DNA of 64,000 bases. It comes from Psilocybe cubensis. Taxonomy: Eukaryota. Below the pieces are notes generated by a model. The model was not told the DNA's origin, did not search any database, and was given only the letters and a program-made list of their open reading frames with translations. The translations under genes and the position numbers were made by a program. The stretch lies in the NCBI GenBank assembly GCA_017499595.2, contig CM039002.1:310001-374000 (forward strand). The letters are read 5' to 3'. Shown piece by piece: positions 11,426 through 24,622 of this stretch (its first letter is position 1; every line of letters begins with the position of its first letter).

Positions 11426-12934
11426 ATGTCATCCAGCACAACCAACAATCTGCCTCTTTTCCCATTCGACGTTTTCTCCCAAATTTTTAAAGAGTGCGAC
11501 TTGCAAACTCTCCAGACATGCTCCACACTGAGCAAAGATATGCATGAATGCGCCTTGCCCTTTTTGTTCCAAACCATCAGCTTTAGAGCAAATCGCCCGT
11601 CGTTGGTTAATATACCTCAAGAAGAACGTGATAACATTTGTTCTGGAGCCATCCAAAGGTTCACAGAGTTGCCTAAGATGAGGGTGGCCGCTTTTGTTCG
11701 TCGACTTGTATACGAAGGTTGTAGGTTTCCGGATACCGACGCAAGGCAGCACTACCACCGCAGGGTCTGGGCTGTTTTCCGGGTCACTCTGTCTCCCACT
11801 GTATATATAGGGTTGACAGAGCTCATTTTAACGTCTGTTGATATTGACTTCCAAGATGCCCAAGGCATCAGTACTCTCGAGGCACTGCGTCTTCTCTATC
11901 TCGTCAATGTTCGCCTCTCGGACGGTGTAGTGCTGGGTGGCCGACTCCGTCCCAAGGTCTTGCACTTTTCGACACCAGGGCAACTCGTAAACACCAGCGC
12001 TAACGCCATTCTCGGTGTGTGCAAAGAGGTTCGGTGGCTCCAGCTTCATCGACTTCCAAGGGCGCCTGATATTCTGTACAAAATTTTGGAGGTCACACCA
12101 TCGCTGACAGATCTACATATTACACTCGAAAGACCCGTCAATAATGATCAGCTAGGTGCCCCGGCGCTTGAGAGCAGATTCTGTCCACGTCTATCAGTAT
12201 ACTCCGGCCCATTTTATTACTCGGCTATAATAAACGGGCGTCCAGTGTGGCATATAGATGTCCATGAATTCCCTGAATCGATGAGCTACGAGGGTCCCCG
12301 CTTGTGGACGAGCCAGGCGATACTCGAAGGCAGCAGCGCGAGTGTGATGGTATTCAAACTGAGAAAGTGGCCAGCAGAATTTTGCGAGATCTTTTTCGAA
12401 CTCGTTTGGGATCATTTTCCACACATCAGAGAATTAACAATTGAATTATCGGCGTACTACAATACAACCCCAGACGAAAACCATGCCGACAACATATCAA
12501 TGTATAATTTGGACATTGAATCAGTGAAAAATTATCATTATCTGGTAAGAAATCCATTTGATTCAACCGTGATCCCACAACGGACTGACATTTGTCGTTG
12601 ATAGTCGGTATTAAAAACCATAGGACGTGGAACATATCGCCTTCCAAGCACGATACACACCCTATCCATTTTCGGTGACTTCCATTACACACGACATTGG
12701 AGCATTAGAGATATCTCGGAATGTGTGGATGAGTTCGGTCAGAACTCAGTGGATTTCCCGAACTTGATGTCGTTAATGGTCGGTAGCACCGAGTCCTTGA
12801 GGATCTACAGACGAAGGGAGCCTCGCGGTGCATTTCAGGATATACAAATTTATGGCAATAAAAACATAAACGGGGAAGGAAGCCCGTCTCCAAGTATTAT
12901 GTATCTCGAGGACTCGGAAAATGAAGAAATTTAG
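11426..12934 (+). CDS. F-box/LRR-like protein
   Basis: MSSSTTNNLPLFPFDVFSQIFKECDLQTLQTCSTLSK...LFQTISF is an F-box; LxxLxL repeats follow. Intron about 12545-12604 joins to ORF 12725-12934. Confidence 0.75.
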
Positions 12935-13831
12935 GATTTCTATGAATTCATATGCTACAATCCATAGCCTTTGTACTTCTTTATCTTTGTATGCAATGAT
13001 TTGGCGCTGTAGCTCAGTAGGCTTTGGCCAATAAGGCCTTTCACGTATTTTTTTCTATCTTCCCAACCCTGTTTCAACTTGAGTTAGAATAATGAAATGT
13101 CATTGCTTGTTTATGGTTTTAAAGCCAACTGCCCAAATCCAAATTACGTTCTGGAATATATCCAAGGCTTTTGAAATGTCCAGCTGGCAGATACCAGTGG
13201 CAGAAGTGAAAGGTCACCAAACACGGTCGTGCGCGGGCGGAGTCTGGAGGTCGGGCACCCAAAACACACACAAATGCTATGCTCCAGGGGTTTTGAAAAA
13301 CTCTTCTTCTACAATTGCGTTGAAACTCATCGGACCTACCCTACTTACCATCCTCTCAAACGGCGCTGAAATCACACGAATCTGCTTGTACACGCTGGCA
13401 CCGCCTTTCCCGTTTCAGTGGATCCACCAGCGACCCACTCTCTTTCAAACCGACAATTCTCTGGCCGCGAGGTTGTGCCTGTTAACCTTATCGAGGTTCA
13501 TCGGGTTAGTTTTAGTGTACCTGGGGAGCGTGAATTGTCATGGTTCACTTTCCGTCCATGGGCGCTAGCGCTCTTGCCCTTTTCCATCTCATTTCTCCTT
13601 GCCCTACCCCGTAGTAGAAACAACCAAGAACAAAATGGTTTTGTTCCCTCTTAGGAAGGATAATCCTGCTAGTACACCTCTACCTGCTTTCCAGCGCCTA
13701 CACTTCCCGCCGAACGCAATGTGTGTTGTACCGATGCCAATGGCACATATATATGAGAGCGTGTGATAGGATGTACGATGCTTGTGAGCGCGCTGCACTT
13801 GAACAGTTATATCTACTAACCTCGATACAAC

Positions 13832-14580
13832 ATGTCGTCGCATGGAGAAGTTCGAAGCGTCGCTTCAACACTACTTCCTCCTCTCCCGCACCGCGTATCC
13901 TACCTAACACCCTCCCAACTCGCTTCATTACCCAAGCTTACGCCGTGTAAACCATTAGCAATCAAAAAACGCAGAAGGCACAGCGTCCGGAACAAACCTA
14001 TCACGAACTGTGATTTCGCCTTTGCCTTCTCCTTCGCCTTGCACCCGTTGTATTCCCCCAGCGCGACCGAAACGCCATTCATCGGCCCGCGCCGTCGACG
14101 GTCTAAAGTCCCATCAGACAGGGATTTACGGAAACGATGCCCTTGTTCCCCGCTGTCGTCCCTATGTGCACCAGAAGAGGACGCACGGGAGGTCGAGAGG
14201 GTCATTCGCGAGCTAACCGCGTTGTCATCATATAAGCCGCGGGTCACGCCTGCTTCAAGTTCCAATGACGGTCGCGTCCCGACACGAACGCCGATACCGA
14301 TACCGCGATCCCAACGTGAATCGCATGGCACCACGTTGGGCAGCTACTACGACTGCAAACGTGCACCGAATGGAAAGGCTTCCGAGTCGCTTGGAATTCA
14401 AAATTGGGGCAATTGGATAAAAGGTGCGGTGCTTTGGATGCGTCTGGATTGCTCGCAGCTTATCGAAATACTCTAGGTCTTCCGTCGCGGCCGTTGTGCG
14501 TGAAAATGAACCATACGCCCAATGTTCTCCTTACGAGGAGGGTTTATAGCTCTGTGCACCTTCCCGCACCAATTTGTTAG
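13832..14580 (+). CDS. Hypothetical Pro/Ser/Arg-rich protein
   Basis: 214-aa ORF from ATG 13832. A probable intron 14424-14476 extends the frame to TAG 14578-14580. No recognisable domain. Confidence 0.45.
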
Positions 14581-14885
14581 AGACTCTTGGACTGCTTTTG
14601 AGACATTCAGACAGACATTTTATTTATATGCACGTTCGTGAAATGGACTAAACTCACAGACATTCACTTTACTTTTCTTCCGTACGACATAACCCATCCA
14701 ACCTCTTCACATCGGACCTTCGCGTAGGTTTTTCACCGCCATGCATAGCCCCTAAGTCCCAAAATTGAAAATGTAGTCATTTTTTCCCGCTTAATGGCGT
14801 TATGACGTGAGGCACAGCCATTGCTATTAATCCCGGTTATAAAACCCACGATGATATCTTTCTCTGTGTTCACGAAAAGGCCGCA

Positions 14886-16256
14886 ATGTCCAGACATACC
14901 CAGCAGCGCACATCGTCGCAGCTGTCGGAGGAATACATCCAGGACAGCTTCCACAGCTACCTCAAGTCGTCACTGAGCCAGGCGAAAGCGGAGCGCCTGC
15001 TCGATGTAGATGTGTTAGCGAGTGCAGAGGGAGACTTGATGATTACAGGTGCGTTCGATTCGATTTCCTTCAAGACACCTCTTACAGTTTCTTATGAAGG
15101 TCCTGCGCTGTGTTTGTACTTCGCGGCGTTGAGATGCACAACCAACCCCCCATCCGTACCGCTCCCTCGATCACCCAAAGCCACTTCTCCTTCGTCCTCG
15201 CAGCCCATGGAGCTTTCGTACGACAACTGCCCGCCCGCATTCGTTTCCTTCCTGCGCGTCTGGGCAGACGCCGTGCCGGGTATCCAAAGTCTACCGCCCG
15301 AGTCACAGCACGACCTCGCACGGGTGATCTGCGGCCTACCCCCTCTCCTCCAGCAGGACGCCCCGACGATCCACGGCATCGCTGCGGACTTGCGTGCAGT
15401 CGCCATCGAAATCAGTCAGCGGCGGTCGTTCCAGGATAGATATGCCGCGGACCTGCAGGCGGCGTTGGATGCAGGCGGTGCACCGAGCCCGCGAAAGGCG
15501 TCGTTCGTCCCCCCACCGGTGTACGATGCAACGCCACCAGAGTCTCCACGGACATCGATCGAGTCCCGGCGCGACCTACCCCCACAATCCCCAGGTCTGC
15601 TTAGCCCGTACGCATCAGGTCACTCGACGGCCTCGACCTCATCGACATTCTCCCGTTCCTCGTCTTCGTCTTCCACCCCATCAATACTAACCCAAGATTC
15701 CCCCGCCATTGAATTTATCCGTGAAACCCTCTACGCCTCGCTCGCCGACGCACTGGAGCAGCACCCCTCCCTACGCCAACTCCTCGGGCGTGACCGTACG
15801 CGCGCCTACTTTGCCTCCGTTGCATTCGCTATCCTCGATGTCGCAACCCACGCGGTCACACCCGACGGCAACGCGATTGTAGGCGTACTCGGCAAGCCGC
15901 TGACAATGGAAGAATGTCCCGTGGCGCTTCGCCCGTTTATGAGCGAGCTTTCAACAATCGGGCGGCTGGCCAGGGAGATGGAGGAGGAGGACAACGAAGT
16001 GGCAATGCGTTGTGCGCAGCGCGGAGAAGAGGTGCCAGTACCACGGCTAGAACGAGTTCGCATGGTGCTGGAGGAAGGTGTTGGGTATGATCGGGAAAGG
16101 AATGGGGCGCAAAGGAGTGGTCGGCGGAGTGTAGAAGGCCGTGCTGTAGCGTTTGCCAACCGGATTAACGCGCTCAGTCTGGGTATGACCAAACTGCGCG
16201 CGTTCAGGGAACGGCAGGACGATGTTTTCAAGGTCCTGGCTGGGATTGGATCGTAA
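14886..16256 (+). CDS. Hypothetical fungal protein
   Basis: 456-aa GC-rich ORF with a probable in-frame intron at about 15049-15099; helical segments (GPALCLYFAALR, IRETLYASLAD, GRAVAFANRINALSLGMTKL). Confidence 0.75.
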   Translation: MSRHTQQRTSSQLSEEYIQDSFHSYLKSSLSQAKAERLLDVDVLASAEGDLMITGAFDSISFKTPLTVSYEGPALCLYFAALRCTTNPPSVPLPRSPKATSPSSSQPMELSYDNCPPAFVSFLRVWADAVPGIQSLPPESQHDLARVICGLPPLLQQDAPTIHGIAADLRAVAIEISQRRSFQDRYAADLQAALDAGGAPSPRKASFVPPPVYDATPPESPRTSIESRRDLPPQSPGLLSPYASGHSTASTSSTFSRSSSSSSTPSILTQDSPAIEFIRETLYASLADALEQHPSLRQLLGRDRTRAYFASVAFAILDVATHAVTPDGNAIVGVLGKPLTMEECPVALRPFMSELSTIGRLAREMEEEDNEVAMRCAQRGEEVPVPRLERVRMVLEEGVGYDRERNGAQRSGRRSVEGRAVAFANRINALSLGMTKLRAFRERQDDVFKVLAGIGS

Positions 16257-16727
16257 CATCTGCTGTGGATATCCTTTGGTTATGCTTTCTAGTTAGTTCA
16301 TACCACATATTTTAGTTAATAATAATCGTAATATGTACCATAGCAATGAAAAGGAAGTGAAGCATGCATTCTACTCGTCATTTATCGTTGTGGAATCGCT
16401 GAGGCAAGGAATGCGACGCGACCTCCATCGGCAAGTCGATCGGCCAGATTATAGAGGAGATGAGAGAATTGTGAAAGGAAGGAAAGTGGAGAGAAGAGGA
16501 GAGAATGAGGCAAAAGTCAATTCTATGGGAGCTTGCTGCTATCGAATCTTCGGTAGACTTCTTTTGGTTCATATTTCCTTGTTTTTAGATACTAGGGGTT
16601 GTAAATAAGAGCAATTGTAATGTGTACTATAGCAATGAAAACAAAATAAATAAATACCCATGCGCTAGAAAGTCTGAATATTAGGAAAAAATGTCTTGCG
16701 CGGTAAGTCCCTTCGTGCCATCAAACT

Positions 16728-18569
16728 TCAACACTTCCAACTGGCCTGTTCAAGCGATGATCAATGAGAATACGGCATTAGATATGAAGCTAGCTCACAT
16801 CGCGCTTTTCAGCAGCTTCGACCTTTAAATACGGCGACGTCCCAAGGCATTCCGACAGAGTGACGAGCCTATACCCCGCCGCTTGCATCTTAGATATGAC
16901 GTAAGGCAGAACTTGATGCCTGAAATTTCATTTGAGGGAGTCGGACTCTCGGAGGACGCGCATTGCATGAATGTGAAGTGACTTACGCTGTCGTTTCTAC
17001 TCATCGCGGGTTTAGAATTAGAACCAGTGCGTTGAATAGGATAGCTGTGAGAAAGTGAAAACGAAGAACGAAGAAAAGGGCTCACCATAGACTTCATGCT
17101 CCAATGACAACACACTCTTAGGGCGCTTCTTTACGAGCTTCTCATACGCCTGCTTCTGCTGTTCAACCGTCGACCCAGTAGAATCTCCAGAACTATATTA
17201 AATTAAATTACACAACAATATATCAGATTCAAAAGGGAGAGAAAAGCAAAGCAGAGATGATACGCACTCAAAGTCCCACGTCACCAGCGTCTGCCCCCGC
17301 GCGCCGGCAGTGGTATATACATCATCGTTCACGTTCCCGTACGCTAGTTATTCGATAGGGTTTGAGTAAGCAGTGCGGTGAAAAGTCAGGGTAGAAAATA
17401 AGAAGTAGAATATAAATAAACGAGTATTATGTGGGACTTCATGAGTACAGAGGAGGAAGGGAAGGCAGAGGAAGAGAGATGAGTCTAAGACGTACGCGGA
17501 CGGGTGTACGCAGGCGTTGCGCCTGTGATCTTTCGGATTGCCTCTAATTGTTGAATTCGAAATATTAATCCGGCAAAAGACTATGCAATTTGTTGCGCTA
17601 GCGTACCTTCAGTGCGCGACATCTCCGAGTTAACTGGAAAAAAATAAGAAGGGAAACAGCATCCCCGGGATAAGGTCAGCATGATTTTGATATCGACACC
17701 ATCTTTACGAAGTAGAGCGCTACGAAGCCCTTTTATCACGAAAAGACAGAGACAATCTATTCAAGAAATAGTGCTCACTTTGGTCGTGGTTCAGCGTCGT
17801 AAGATCTTTGTGCGCCCAAGTATGCGATGCGACCTGGAACCCATTATCGTATGCATACTGCACACGTTTGACCATCGCGGAGTCGTATATGCATCCGTCT
17901 GGGTTTCATATAACATGTGTTACCGACAATTCAATAATAAATGATTGAAGATGGACGTACAGTTGTTACCGTCTATGCCACCGCGGCGGGAGGTATCGAA
18001 GTGCGAGCATAAGTAAAAGTATGGTCATAGAAATAATAAAGCGGACGAAGGTAAATATTTCCACACAAAGGCAAAAAATCAAGTTCGTCATGGATGTTGA
18101 TTTTTAGAGGTAGAGCGGAGCAAACAACGGATCAGAAGAATTTTACTGACTGAAGAAAAATGTCCCTTTCGCATCCACTTTTTTGAGCGTATCGACAACG
18201 TCGTTCCTGTCAAAAAGGTAGGTTAAGTGGGATTGTCCACCCAATACGAATAGGGGATATAAACAAAGTGCGGAATGGTACGCACAGGTATATATATGGC
18301 CCATCGTCCTTAACGTCACAATATCAACCCAAGGATGGCACAATAAGGCGACAGAACACAATCAGTAAAACAAGAACATAGAATGACGGTGGGAGAACGC
18401 AAGGGGGACGCACAAATGTGAGCGCCGCGGTGTTCGCGACTGTACATTTTGTGATTAACTTTGCTTTGACGCTTTGAGCCGTCTCGTCGGGCGAAGGTGC
18501 AGGAAAGGGAGTGGCGAGTACAAAGAGTGCTGGGTAGAGAGAAAAAAGAAGGGATGGGCGAAACAGCAT
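16728..18569 (-). CDS. Secreted CE4 polysaccharide (chitin) deacetylase, NodB domain
   Basis: Signal peptide. All five CE4 motifs assemble across many small exons: ALTFDDGP, SHTWAH, RPPYG, DSGDS, LEHE. C-terminus HQVLPYVISKMQAAGYRLVTLSECLG...ASWKC*. Confidence 0.9.
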
Positions 18570-19561
18570 ATTCTATTTTTTAATGTAAATGAATGGTTGG
18601 GAGTGGACGTGAGAGGGGAGTAAGGAGGAAGAACTTAGGACTTGTAAGAGCAGGGGAAAGGAATGTACCAAATAACCCGGCGTCTGTGTATTTAAGCAAG
18701 CATGATGCCGTCCAGCCAAGGTGTGTGTTGTTTGCCCATCCGTCAATGGGTTGGGTGTTAAACTTGGAATTTGCTTCTATTTTATCCGTTGTTTGTGCAG
18801 TACAGGTTCCAAGGATTCAGTCTTACGCATGTAGCGACCGACATGACATAAAGGCGCTAGCCTGAACGCGAACAGACTAAACCACTACAGTAACTTCAGG
18901 ATATATCATTGTTCTGGTATAGTATTCAAATGTGCCTACCGTACGTCATTGGGTTTTTATTACGGTATCTTCCAGGTTTCATACGAGCCATCGCGCTGAT
19001 CGAGCCGTCAGAAAATTTGTACACAGGGATAGTGAAAGACGGAACGGAACACGCGTAAGCCTGAGGTGAGTGACTTACAGCACAGTGCACTGATTCTCGA
19101 GACTTGACGTCGGCAGGGGCCCGAGCTTCAAGCTGCGATGCAATTATAGATTTGAAAGCATCTCGTGGTGTTGAAATGGTAGAGACTATTATCAATATAA
19201 ACGTTGATTGTGAAGATTTTCGCCATCTCGACGAGAACAATCGTTGTATGATATTTAGGAAACAATCCTATCTGTGAAACATATAATGCGCAATTATTAA
19301 AAACGTGACGACTTCGTTGAAAAGTTGAGAATCTAGCGTAACCTGCGATCATAGTATTGCGTTGAAAGATTTTGCGGTCATTGTCATAGAGGTGTATGCA
19401 AAAATGGGGGTTGATACATTGCTGTTAGTATGATATACAATTTTTGACATGTCTGTGAAAAAAAATGAGTTCAACGTAAAAGAGGATATGAGCAGAAATA
19501 CACACACGGGTACAAAATTTGACTAGTTGCTTCATCGTCTCGTATATTCGCTTTGGAATAT

Positions 19562-21163
19562 TCACCACAATTCATCGGCGTCCGGGAAATATACCATCGG
19601 CACCATATCGCTCCCACGGATTTTGTTGTTCGCTAAGAAATAGAACGTCGAATGAGACGCAACCGGCTCGTGGATGGACACCAAAGTACCATCCTGCTCC
19701 AACCAACCGAGAGTCAAGCAATCCCGTGGTGCTTTCTCTGCTTCCATGCATACTTGCACGGAGAGAAGCTCTTTTCGCCGTGACCAGATGACATCTGCCA
19801 ATGTGCCGTCCTCCAGATAGCAGTTATGCAAAATGAGATTCCGCAGACTTGGAAGGACATCGATCTCCCCAGGCTCTTTCATCAGACGCCGAAAATCGTT
19901 GGCACTGGTGATGTTGGAAAGGATATTCAGGGTAATGACTTTGGTCAGATGTTCCCTCAACTGTGGGAAAAGCTCCAAAGAACGCCCGTCGATCGAAAAA
20001 GTCGTAACATCGCAGCCCGAGCGATCGATGAAGTCGGTGAGAGCCTTGGCATCGCCCAACGTGAGCGCTTTCCTGTCGGTAATCTCCAATTCTGAAAGCA
20101 TAGGGAGCGTAAAAGCGTTGAAAATTATTTCAAAGTTATCTGGACGGTCGCAAATCAATCGGGTCAAGTGTGAAAATATGACAGGGGACGAAACCGGTTC
20201 ATACGACCTTCGTATGCGACGCATCCTCAGAGTCTTCAGGGATTCACACTTGGAGAGTGTGCTCATCGTGGACTGTGACAAGTCCATAAGATGGAGGGTG
20301 ATTTCTACGAGTCGTGACCATGAGACGTCCTCTGGCATCGAGGCATCCAATGATTTACCCCAATCCACGGTATGCAAAACTGGTGACGAATGAAGCACTT
20401 GGAAGAAAGTCTCTAAGCGGTTCATATCCCATGAATGGACGCGAACGCGATAGGATTCCAGTGCCCCCACGTCGCCAGGTCGCATGCTCGAGAACGCCTC
20501 CTGGACGTAGCCAAATAATGTAAATGTGACGTTCTTCCACCTGCTTGCTTTGGAAACAAACAGTTGCGCGATGTGCAGCGACGCCGGATCAGGCGTCATG
20601 TACTGTTCCAATTCGAGTGTCAAAGGACAGTCGCCTGTCATATCCAGAAGGAACGAAACATATTCAACATCCGTCATGACTGGACAGACAACCTTGATCG
20701 TTGACCACAGCGTCGGGGTGTTGTGAACGGTGTCGCGCCAGAATTGACAGACATGGGTTAACACAATAGGTGTAGTTGGCGACGAGCCGGAACTTATACG
20801 CCTCATTATCTGACGACAGAACCGGTCTTTCGGACTGCTGCTGTCGCTATGCAAAACATGGGAAAATATCTTGGTCAAAAGTTCATTTGGGAGTCGATTG
20901 ATGAAGTCGGTTTGGGGAATAACACAGTATGCCGGGATGGTCAGCCACTCGAGAGCATTTGAGGTGTCGATGGGGGAGAAATGGTGCTTCCACAATATCC
21001 ATTGAATGATGTGGTGGGTTTCATTTAAGATGATTTGCAATTTGGACTGGTTTGCTTTCAACGTATTCGTCGCGTACGACAAGAATGTGTTCCAGTACAG
21101 ATGAAATGCACCGTGCTTATTCTTTGGAGTGTATATCCATGGCAAGCTGCCTTGAATAGACAT
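19562..21163 (-). CDS. F-box/LRR-like protein
   Basis: Single long ORF; INRLPNELLTKIF...PIVLTHVCQFWRDTVHNTPTLWSTI; C-terminal LPSLRNLIL. First ATG at 21163. Confidence 0.85.
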   Translation of the reverse strand: MSIQGSLPWIYTPKNKHGAFHLYWNTFLSYATNTLKANQSKLQIILNETHHIIQWILWKHHFSPIDTSNALEWLTIPAYCVIPQTDFINRLPNELLTKIFSHVLHSDSSSPKDRFCRQIMRRISSGSSPTTPIVLTHVCQFWRDTVHNTPTLWSTIKVVCPVMTDVEYVSFLLDMTGDCPLTLELEQYMTPDPASLHIAQLFVSKASRWKNVTFTLFGYVQEAFSSMRPGDVGALESYRVRVHSWDMNRLETFFQVLHSSPVLHTVDWGKSLDASMPEDVSWSRLVEITLHLMDLSQSTMSTLSKCESLKTLRMRRIRRSYEPVSSPVIFSHLTRLICDRPDNFEIIFNAFTLPMLSELEITDRKALTLGDAKALTDFIDRSGCDVTTFSIDGRSLELFPQLREHLTKVITLNILSNITSANDFRRLMKEPGEIDVLPSLRNLILHNCYLEDGTLADVIWSRRKELLSVQVCMEAEKAPRDCLTLGWLEQDGTLVSIHEPVASHSTFYFLANNKIRGSDMVPMVYFPDADELW

Positions 21164-21791
21164 CTGTATACCTGTGAGAGGTGCTTCCAAAATGCAATTA
21201 GCGACCGAAACTCACAGTCCTCCAGAATCCTGAACAGGGGGAAAGAGGAACACACCTTTTCCAAGACCCGGTCTAATATACCCCACAGGCACTGCCGGGC
21301 TCCCAGGTAATTTAAAACCGAGCCGTTCCTTCTTTCAATCACGAGTAACGACAAGCACTCGCCGTAAGTCCGTTTATGCTCCAACGCATTTGAACTGTAT
21401 AGGGAAAATATCAACACGTTGAACACGAGGCACGCTTGCACGCTTCAGAGTGCGCTTCAAAACCGTTCGGAGTAGAATATAGCGGGTCACACGATGCAAA
21501 GAACGCTTACCTGACAGCCGCTTACAGGTCAGGCTTATTACAAAAATGATGAAAGACAGTGTACAGGTTGTCTAAGGCGGAAGCGCCTTTTTATAGTTGT
21601 TAAATGTTTGCTTGGCAGTGGGATTGAAACCTGCGAGTATGTACTTCAAACTTCGAGTTGTAAGGCGGCGGCGGCGGCTTGAGCAGGCAACCTTGCTGAT
21701 CGGGGATCCTGAGAAACATTGATAATAAAAGACGGAGTTGGAAGCAGTGCTATTGATAGAATGACGAACATTTGTTACACCCAAATCGACA

Positions 21792-23854
21792 ATGCCCGCC
21801 AGCGCCGGGGCTTATCCAGAAACTCGCTATGTACTCAGATCCCGCACCAGAACGGGAGAGTCGGCAGAATGGCGGTCTCCAGATATTGGCTATGTCGCTT
21901 GTCGAGACACGGGAAATTTGCACTGGATTTCTAGACTAAAATGGCGTTTCATCCAGGCGACACGAATTCGGGCTCGTTCTACGCTGGTTCGGTTTTTCTG
22001 CCTGATGTTGTGCATAACATTTCTCTTCCGAGGTTATATGCACTTTGAGAGGACCATTACAACTTTTCTATCTAGGCGAGATGATCATACAAGACCCCAT
22101 ATTTTAAATCAGGATGGATCGCAGAACTTTCAGGACGCAAAAACATACCAAGGTGACTTTCCTTCCACGACACAGCAAAGTACTCCTCTTCCTACTAGCC
22201 AACCATGGAAGTATCCAATGATTGATCGCACGGTGTTGGACAAGCTGGACCTAATGCACGATTTCTTCGCGCAAGACCATGGCCCTTTTCACGACCAACA
22301 AAAAGACACGTTGCGAGAAACTCGTTTGCGTTGGCCGCCTGTCATCACACGCATCCCCGAACGCCCATCTCGCCCGCCTATCAGCATTGGGGTTGGATCA
22401 CCAAATGGCGACGGTCAGACTCGCCCTCCACAGGCTTTGGCCAGCGACGAGCCAGCAATCTGTGACTCTTCCGGACATCCACGCCCATGCCGTTTTCTTC
22501 TCCCGCTGCGCATCGCCGAACAGGAGTCCAAAGCGCGGATGCACATCACACAGCTTGCCGAACTTGCACGGCGGCTCAACCGCACACTTGTGTTGCCCAA
22601 CGTCGGCAAGAGCAAGATCGGCGCGTGCTTCAGATGGCCGTTCTCCGTGTACTATGAGCCTTCGTCGATAAATTTGGACGATGCATGGCGGGCGGGCGTG
22701 GACGCAGTTGTAGATGACGCTCACGACAAGGGAAAGGAATCGTACGTCGAGCTGGAATCGTTCCACGCTTGGATGGAGAGTTACGCCAGAAACAAGCGAA
22801 GAGAGTCACTAAAATCCCAGCTCGTATCCATCGCACCGACAATCCTGTCCTCAGGCCTGCGCGACGAGACGATCTACGCCAACACCGACGTCGCAGTGCA
22901 TGCCTATAGCACCTTCGGTGCATGGGAACGCGACCTACCAGGATGCTTCTCCACCAAATTTCACCACCTCCGCCTCGAAACCAGACCAATTTACATTTAC
23001 CCAATAACGGCGGCCCAGCCAGCTAAAAAAGACGGAAGAGATAAATTCCTCGGCGACTCGATCGTAGACGCGTTATCTACCATTTCTTCAGGAACCTCGG
23101 GTGAACCACCGGTTCTAGTCGTGAACTGGGACATGCGCTACCCCGTCTTCGCGCCACCCCCACCGCACGCCACCATCATCAACAAAAACGCATACTCCTC
23201 TCTACAATATTCAGCCAAAATGCACGATCTTGCCAAACAATACGCACCCGCAGGACCCTATCTCGCCATACAATGGCGGATGGAAACCGTCGATGTTCAC
23301 CTTCTCCAAGATTGCGCCCATGCCCTGGTCGACGTCCTTGTTCGGGTCCTTCATGATCCATCTCTGTCAGAGAATGTTACCACTGTGTGGTTCGCAACTG
23401 ACTATCCGTACCCTATTGCCAGACGTACAAAGGCAGGTTCACGTCCACCAATGATATCGGCAAAGTCTGGGACATTTCGGGATTTTGACATATTGCATGA
23501 GAATGCCATTGAAATTCTAAGGAAAGCTTTCGATAAGCAGGGAGAATTGCATGAATGGAAATTGACAGACTTTGCCGAAGCAATTGAAAACGACTCAAAA
23601 CCGCAAAATGAGCTTTTGCATGATACTGGAGTTCTTGGAATCCTAGATAAACTGGTTAGTACAAACGCTGCGATATTCGTTAGTGGGTCAAGCAGATGCA
23701 GTCGCAAAAGGTGTGTCTCAGATTTAACTTCAAGTTTAGTTGGAGTACTCATGTGAACAGCTCGTTCACAAATCAAGTAATCGATGCGAGAAACCGAAAG
23801 GAGCTCGGAAGAGGGGAATCGCATTTGAGAAACGTAGTCGACATATTTGGCTAG
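21792..23854 (+). CDS. Type II membrane O-fucosyltransferase-like (GT-B) glycosyltransferase
   Basis: N-terminal TM (FFCLMLCITFLF); LARRLNRTLVLPNV, YLAIQWRME, VWFATD, GILDKLVSTNAAIFVSG...SSFT. Intron 23711-23760, stop 23852-23854. Confidence 0.75.
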
Positions 23855-24059
23855 AACAAAATGACGAGCGTAATCTTGAGAACGAGATCGAAAGATGTTG
23901 TTTACTCTGCTGACATTCGGCAGACAATGAGGAAAGCGAGAGAAAGAAAAGTGATTCCTGCATGGCGAGAGTGACAGCATAGCATATGATACATGACATG
24001 CTCATCCCACAACTTCCAATCGTTGTAAGGGCATAATATAAAGAGATCGTACCCAACGT

Positions 24060-24622
24060 TTACTCCCTGGGGCCACCACGTCCAACACCACCGGCAAACG
24101 AAGGCCTGAACTCGCCAGGGGCACCCTCCTCCTTCTTGCTTCGGTATCCATCACGGTCTCCACGGGGGGCACGGTAGGCACCCTCTCCACCAGCACCAGG
24201 GCGGACGGTGGCAGGGCGAGGGGGGCGGACGGCCTTTTTGTGTGTGGCAGGAACAATTTCGGCGGGGAGGTGGAGCCTAAAATAGACGTGTTAGATAGTG
24301 TATGGATTAAGTCGTTCAAACGTACCACTCGCGGAGGAATTCAACGCCCTCGGGGGTGAGGACGTAGTAGTACCATTGCCAAGAGAACTGAGTCTTGACA
24401 TAGCCCTTGGAGGTCAAGCTCTGGAGAGCCTTGATGACCTGAAGGTTGGGAACATCGAGCTCCTCGTGCTTGGGGGCGTTGAAATCTTTTTTGGCGACGA
24501 GAACACCCTCTGCGATAAAGACAATTTTTTCAGCACATCCAACCCAGACCCCATTAAACTCCCAACGCACCCTTGAAGAGGTTCTCGTAGATGATTCGCC
24601 TATTCTCTTTGGGAATGATCAT
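24060..24622 (-). CDS. RPS10: 40S ribosomal protein S10 (eS10)
   Basis: [93 protein letters not shown]; two introns. Confidence 0.97.
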
